A stretch of 24,000 nucleotides of DNA, taken from the NCBI GenBank assembly GCA_028279645.1, contig JANQNJ010000023.1, positions 11,754-35,753 of the forward strand, read 5' to 3'. The notes below the pieces were generated by a model, which did not search any database, had not been told where the DNA came from, and worked only from the letters and a program-made list of their open reading frames with translations. How positions within the stretch are numbered: the stretch's first letter is position 1; every line of letters begins with the position of its first letter. The DNA comes from Thermoplasmatota archaeon. GTDB lineage: Archaea > Thermoplasmatota > JAKEGO01 > JANQNJ01. A program made the position numbers and the translations under genes. Positions 21,295 to 24,000 of the stretch are shown one piece after another.

Positions 21295-23949
21295 TCAAGC
21301 CTCGATCAGCACCGTGATCTCGCCGACCTTCACGGCCTCCACAGGCTGCCCATCCCTTGTGAGAGAATGGTCGATCTCGACGAACTCCTTCAGAACGATG
21401 GTCTCCCCCTCCACCTCAACCGTGGCGCCGTCCTCGATCCCCTGCGGATCGGTGCTGTTGATCGCAGCGATAACGACCTTGGCATTCCCCTTGAACTTCG
21501 GACCGATCTCGGAATGGACCGGCTTCGCCGACACCGCCTTTCGAACGAGGTCGACGTCGTCGACGATATCAAGCGACCCAATTGAGCCAGGACGAGTGAT
21601 CTCCTCTTCATAACCTGCCAATCCTGCGGCTGCTGGACCGACTAGGACGACCTTGGATATCGGCTTGTTGAGAGCGATGCCGTTGTCAGATTTCCACCGC
21701 CGGATGCCGCGGACGATCTCCATGATCATCTCGCCCTTGTTGACGAGATCGTCCGGAAGATCGACGGAGACGGCCTTTGGCCAGGGAGCGATATGGACGC
21801 TCTCGGTACCCTCGATGCGCTTGTAGTGATCGTGATAGACCTCTTCGGTGATATGCGGCAGGAATGGAGCCATCAGCTTGACGGAGCCGGATCCGACGAG
21901 ATACAGGATGTGTCCGACCATCATGTCCGAGACATCGTCTGAATCGTCCTCGGGATAGGTCCGGTGCTTGACTAGCTCGATGTAGTTGTCGGCGACATCG
22001 TGCCAGAGGAACTGCTCCACAGCACGCAGCGTCCTGTCGAAGCGGAACTCGCCCATGGCGTCGGTGCACCCTTCGATCGTACTGTTCAATCTGGAGAGTA
22101 TCCATGCATCAACGGCGCTGAGGTTCGCGGCATCGGGCATGTGCCTGTCTGCATCCCCAAGTTCATAGATACCGGTTCTGTCAAGAGCACCACCAATGAA
22201 CCTGCTAAGGTTGAGGACCTTTCTGATCAGGCGCTCTCCCCGGGTGATATCCTTCCGACGGAATGAATTGTCCTCGCCCAGGGCGCAGTTGGCAGCATAA
22301 TACCTGAGCGGGTCGGCGCCGTGCTTCTCGAGGACCTCGAGTGGATCGATGACATTTCCCTTTGATGCGTGCATGGGGGTGCCATCCTCCGAGAGGATGA
22401 ACCCGTCCATCATGATCTCGGTGAACGGTTTGTCGCCGGTGACCAGCGAACACCTGAGGATCGTGTAGAATGCCCAGGTCCGGATGATGTCGTGGGCCTG
22501 GGGCCTAAGCGACATCGGATATATCCTGTTGAAGAGCGCCTCGTCGCGTTGCCAGAAGGTGTTGTATAGTGGCGATATCGAGGAGTCCATCCACGTATCG
22601 AAAACGTCCTCGCAACCCACAAGCTTACCGCTGCACTTGGGACAGCTCTCAACGGGAGGAGCGTCCTTCGTTGGATCGATATAGCATGCATCCTCGGTCG
22701 GCAGTACCACCTCGCCGCATTCCTCGCACTCCCATAGGGGGATCGGCGTCGCGAAGTACCTCTGCCTTGAGACCACCCAATCCCATTCCAGCGAGTTGAC
22801 CCACTCCTTTAACCGTATCTCCATGAACTTCGGGAACCAGTCCATCTCGTCGGATGCCCTCAGGACCATCTCCTTGAAGTCGATGGTCTTCACGAACCAC
22901 TGCGGGGTCACGATGAACTCAACCGGCGCGTGACATCGCCAGCAGGTACCGACGTTCTGTTCGGTGTCCTCCTGCTTGACCAAGTGTCCTTCCTCGGCAA
23001 GGAGTTCGATCATCTTCGCCTTCGCCTCGGGAATGGGCATACCCGCTATTGGTCCGCCCAGCTCGTTCATACGACCCTGCTCGTCGATGGCGATGTCCAG
23101 AGCGAGCTTGTACTTCTGGATCCATTCGAGGTCGTCCTTGTCCCCGATGCTGCAGATCATGACGACCCCGGTGCCGAAGTCCATGGCCACCTTGTCGTCC
23201 TTGATGATGGAGACCTCCTTGCCGTAGATCGGGGTCGTGGCCTTCTTGCCGGCGAGCTGTTCAGCCCTTGGATCATCCGGATTGACCGCCATGAGCTGGC
23301 ATGTCGCGATAAGTTCCGGGCGTGTGGTAGCGATCTGCAGAGGCTCACCGTCGAGGTCGAAGTTGACGAAGTTCAACTTCGACGTCCTTCCTTCGTACTC
23401 GACCTCGGCATCCGCGAGCGCCGTCATGCAGCGCGGGCACCAGTTGATGGGGTAGGAACCCTTGTATACGAGGCCCTTGTCGAACATCTTGATGAAAGAG
23501 ATCTGCGTCAGCCGACGATAGTATTCGGCATTCGTCTGGTAGTAGACCGTGGGATCCATGGACTCCCCCAGGATCTTGAACTGCCGCGTCATCTCTCCGA
23601 TGTTCGCCTCGGCGAACTCCTCGCACAGCTTGATGAAGTCGTGCCTGTCGATGTCCATCCTCGTGATGCCGTGCTTCTTCTCCACTCTCTCCTCGATCGG
23701 GATCCCGTTGACATCGAAACAGAGAGGGAAGAAGACGTTGTGGCCGCACATCCGCTTATAGCGGGCAACGAAATCGATGTGCGTGTAATGAGCGGCGTGA
23801 CCGACATGCAGACCGCCTGACGCATATCTCGGCGGGTTGTCGATGCTGTACACCGGCGCGTCCGAACCGGGGTCGAAATGGTAGAGCCCGAGCTCCTCCC
23901 ACCGGTCCTGCCATCTCTTCTCAACTTCCAGCTGTTCGTAGTCGCTCAT
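21295..23949 (-). CDS. valS: Valyl-tRNA synthetase, archaeal type (884 aa)
   Basis: EKRWQDRWEELGLYHFDP...YSIDNPPRYASGGLHVGHAAHYTHIDFVARYKRMCGHNVFFPLCFDVNGIPIE is collinear with archaeal ValRS such as the M. jannaschii enzyme as I remember it (IDTPPPFTSGTLHLGH...[24 protein letters not shown]). Other matches are TTRPELIATC..AVNPDD, FGTGVVMICSIGDKDD, WDWV(V/I)SRQR, CPKC and CWRC zinc knuckles, the degenerate KMSKS motif MHASKGNVIDP, and GADPLRYY. Confidence 0.88.
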   Translation of the reverse strand: MSDYEQLEVEKRWQDRWEELGLYHFDPGSDAPVYSIDNPPRYASGGLHVGHAAHYTHIDFVARYKRMCGHNVFFPLCFDVNGIPIEERVEKKHGITRMDIDRHDFIKLCEEFAEANIGEMTRQFKILGESMDPTVYYQTNAEYYRRLTQISFIKMFDKGLVYKGSYPINWCPRCMTALADAEVEYEGRTSKLNFVNFDLDGEPLQIATTRPELIATCQLMAVNPDDPRAEQLAGKKATTPIYGKEVSIIKDDKVAMDFGTGVVMICSIGDKDDLEWIQKYKLALDIAIDEQGRMNELGGPIAGMPIPEAKAKMIELLAEEGHLVKQEDTEQNVGTCWRCHAPVEFIVTPQWFVKTIDFKEMVLRASDEMDWFPKFMEIRLKEWVNSLEWDWVVSRQRYFATPIPLWECEECGEVVLPTEDACYIDPTKDAPPVESCPKCSGKLVGCEDVFDTWMDSSISPLYNTFWQRDEALFNRIYPMSLRPQAHDIIRTWAFYTILRCSLVTGDKPFTEIMMDGFILSEDGTPMHASKGNVIDPLEVLEKHGADPLRYYAANCALGEDNSFRRKDITRGERLIRKVLNLSRFIGGALDRTGIYELGDADRHMPDAANLSAVDAWILSRLNSTIEGCTDAMGEFRFDRTLRAVEQFLWHDVADNYIELVKHRTYPEDDSDDVSDMMVGHILYLVGSGSVKLMAPFLPHITEEVYHDHYKRIEGTESVHIAPWPKAVSVDLPDDLVNKGEMIMEIVRGIRRWKSDNGIALNKPISKVVLVGPAAAGLAGYEEEITRPGSIGSLDIVDDVDLVRKAVSAKPVHSEIGPKFKGNAKVVIAAINSTDPQGIEDGATVEVEGETIVLKEFVEIDHSLTRDGQPVEAVKVGEITVLIEA

Positions 23950-23976
23950 CGGGATCGGTCCGCATACCTCATTTTA

Positions 23977-23996
23977 CATTAATAAAGCTTTATACA
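23977..23996 (-). promoter_or_regulatory. TATA-like region upstream of valS
   Basis: The minus strand reads TGTATAAAGCTTTATTAATG, 28-47 nt upstream of ATG 23949. Confidence 0.35.
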
Positions 23997-24000
23997 GGTG

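Noticed and set aside
21260-23924. ORFs overlapping valS (22930-23820 plus strand at 296 aa, 21686-22105, 23345-23749, 23589-23924 and others)
   Set aside because: valS homology is continuous over 884 aa. The long antisense ORF is a common artefact of GC-rich genes and has an R/L/D/V-rich low-information sequence.
1-24000. Scan for rRNA genes, CRISPR arrays, transposases, integrases and IS inverted repeats
   Set aside because: I recognised none. The only extensive repeats are the intragenic module motifs of the beta-helix genes and the tRNA-Gln-associated hairpins.

Overview
The window looks archaeal. Evidence: a Pcc1/KEOPS-like ORF, a KaiC/RadA-type single-domain ATPase, an archaeal-type ValRS, a tRNA with an A1-U72 pair and no encoded CCA, BRE/TATA-like boxes about 25 nt upstream of starts, and oligo-T tracts after RNA genes. 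It falls into two compositionally different halves.

Left half, 1-13722, AT-rich, all on the minus strand. Three tandem paralogous genes encode giant secreted right-handed beta-helix (PbH1/NosD-like) repeat proteins.
- The leftmost paralog (1-4497) is missing from the supplied ORF track because it runs off the window edge. I confirmed by hand that its frame is open for 1499 codons.
- The two complete paralogs (1118 and 1852 aa) share one architecture: signal peptide, multi-module sequon-rich beta-helix ectodomain, Ig-like stalk, one TM segment, and a 149-aa cytoplasmic tail made of two winged-helix-turn-helix domains.
- This is the layout of a membrane-tethered transcription factor attached to an adhesin-sized ectodomain. 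I consider it the most likely undescribed system in the window.
- All three genes have a short upstream ORF whose TGA overlaps the main ATG.

Right half, 13926-24000, GC-rich, mostly housekeeping genes.
- A POT/PTR2-like MFS transporter with an extra C-terminal TM and an extracellular domain.
- A small membrane protein.
- A bacterial-type glutaminyl-tRNA synthetase, which is unexpected in an archaeon.
- Upstream of the synthetase and co-oriented with it: tRNA-Gln(CUG) followed by two roughly 87-nt hairpin elements. These reuse the tRNA-Gln acceptor stem and differ from each other by a fully compensated 5-bp block in an inner 8-bp stem.
- A small membrane ORF, a Pcc1-like ORF, a KaiC-like ATPase, an AT-rich membrane protein gene and ValRS.

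No CRISPR array, rRNA gene or transposase was seen. All family names are from motif recognition by eye and memory. No database search was run.
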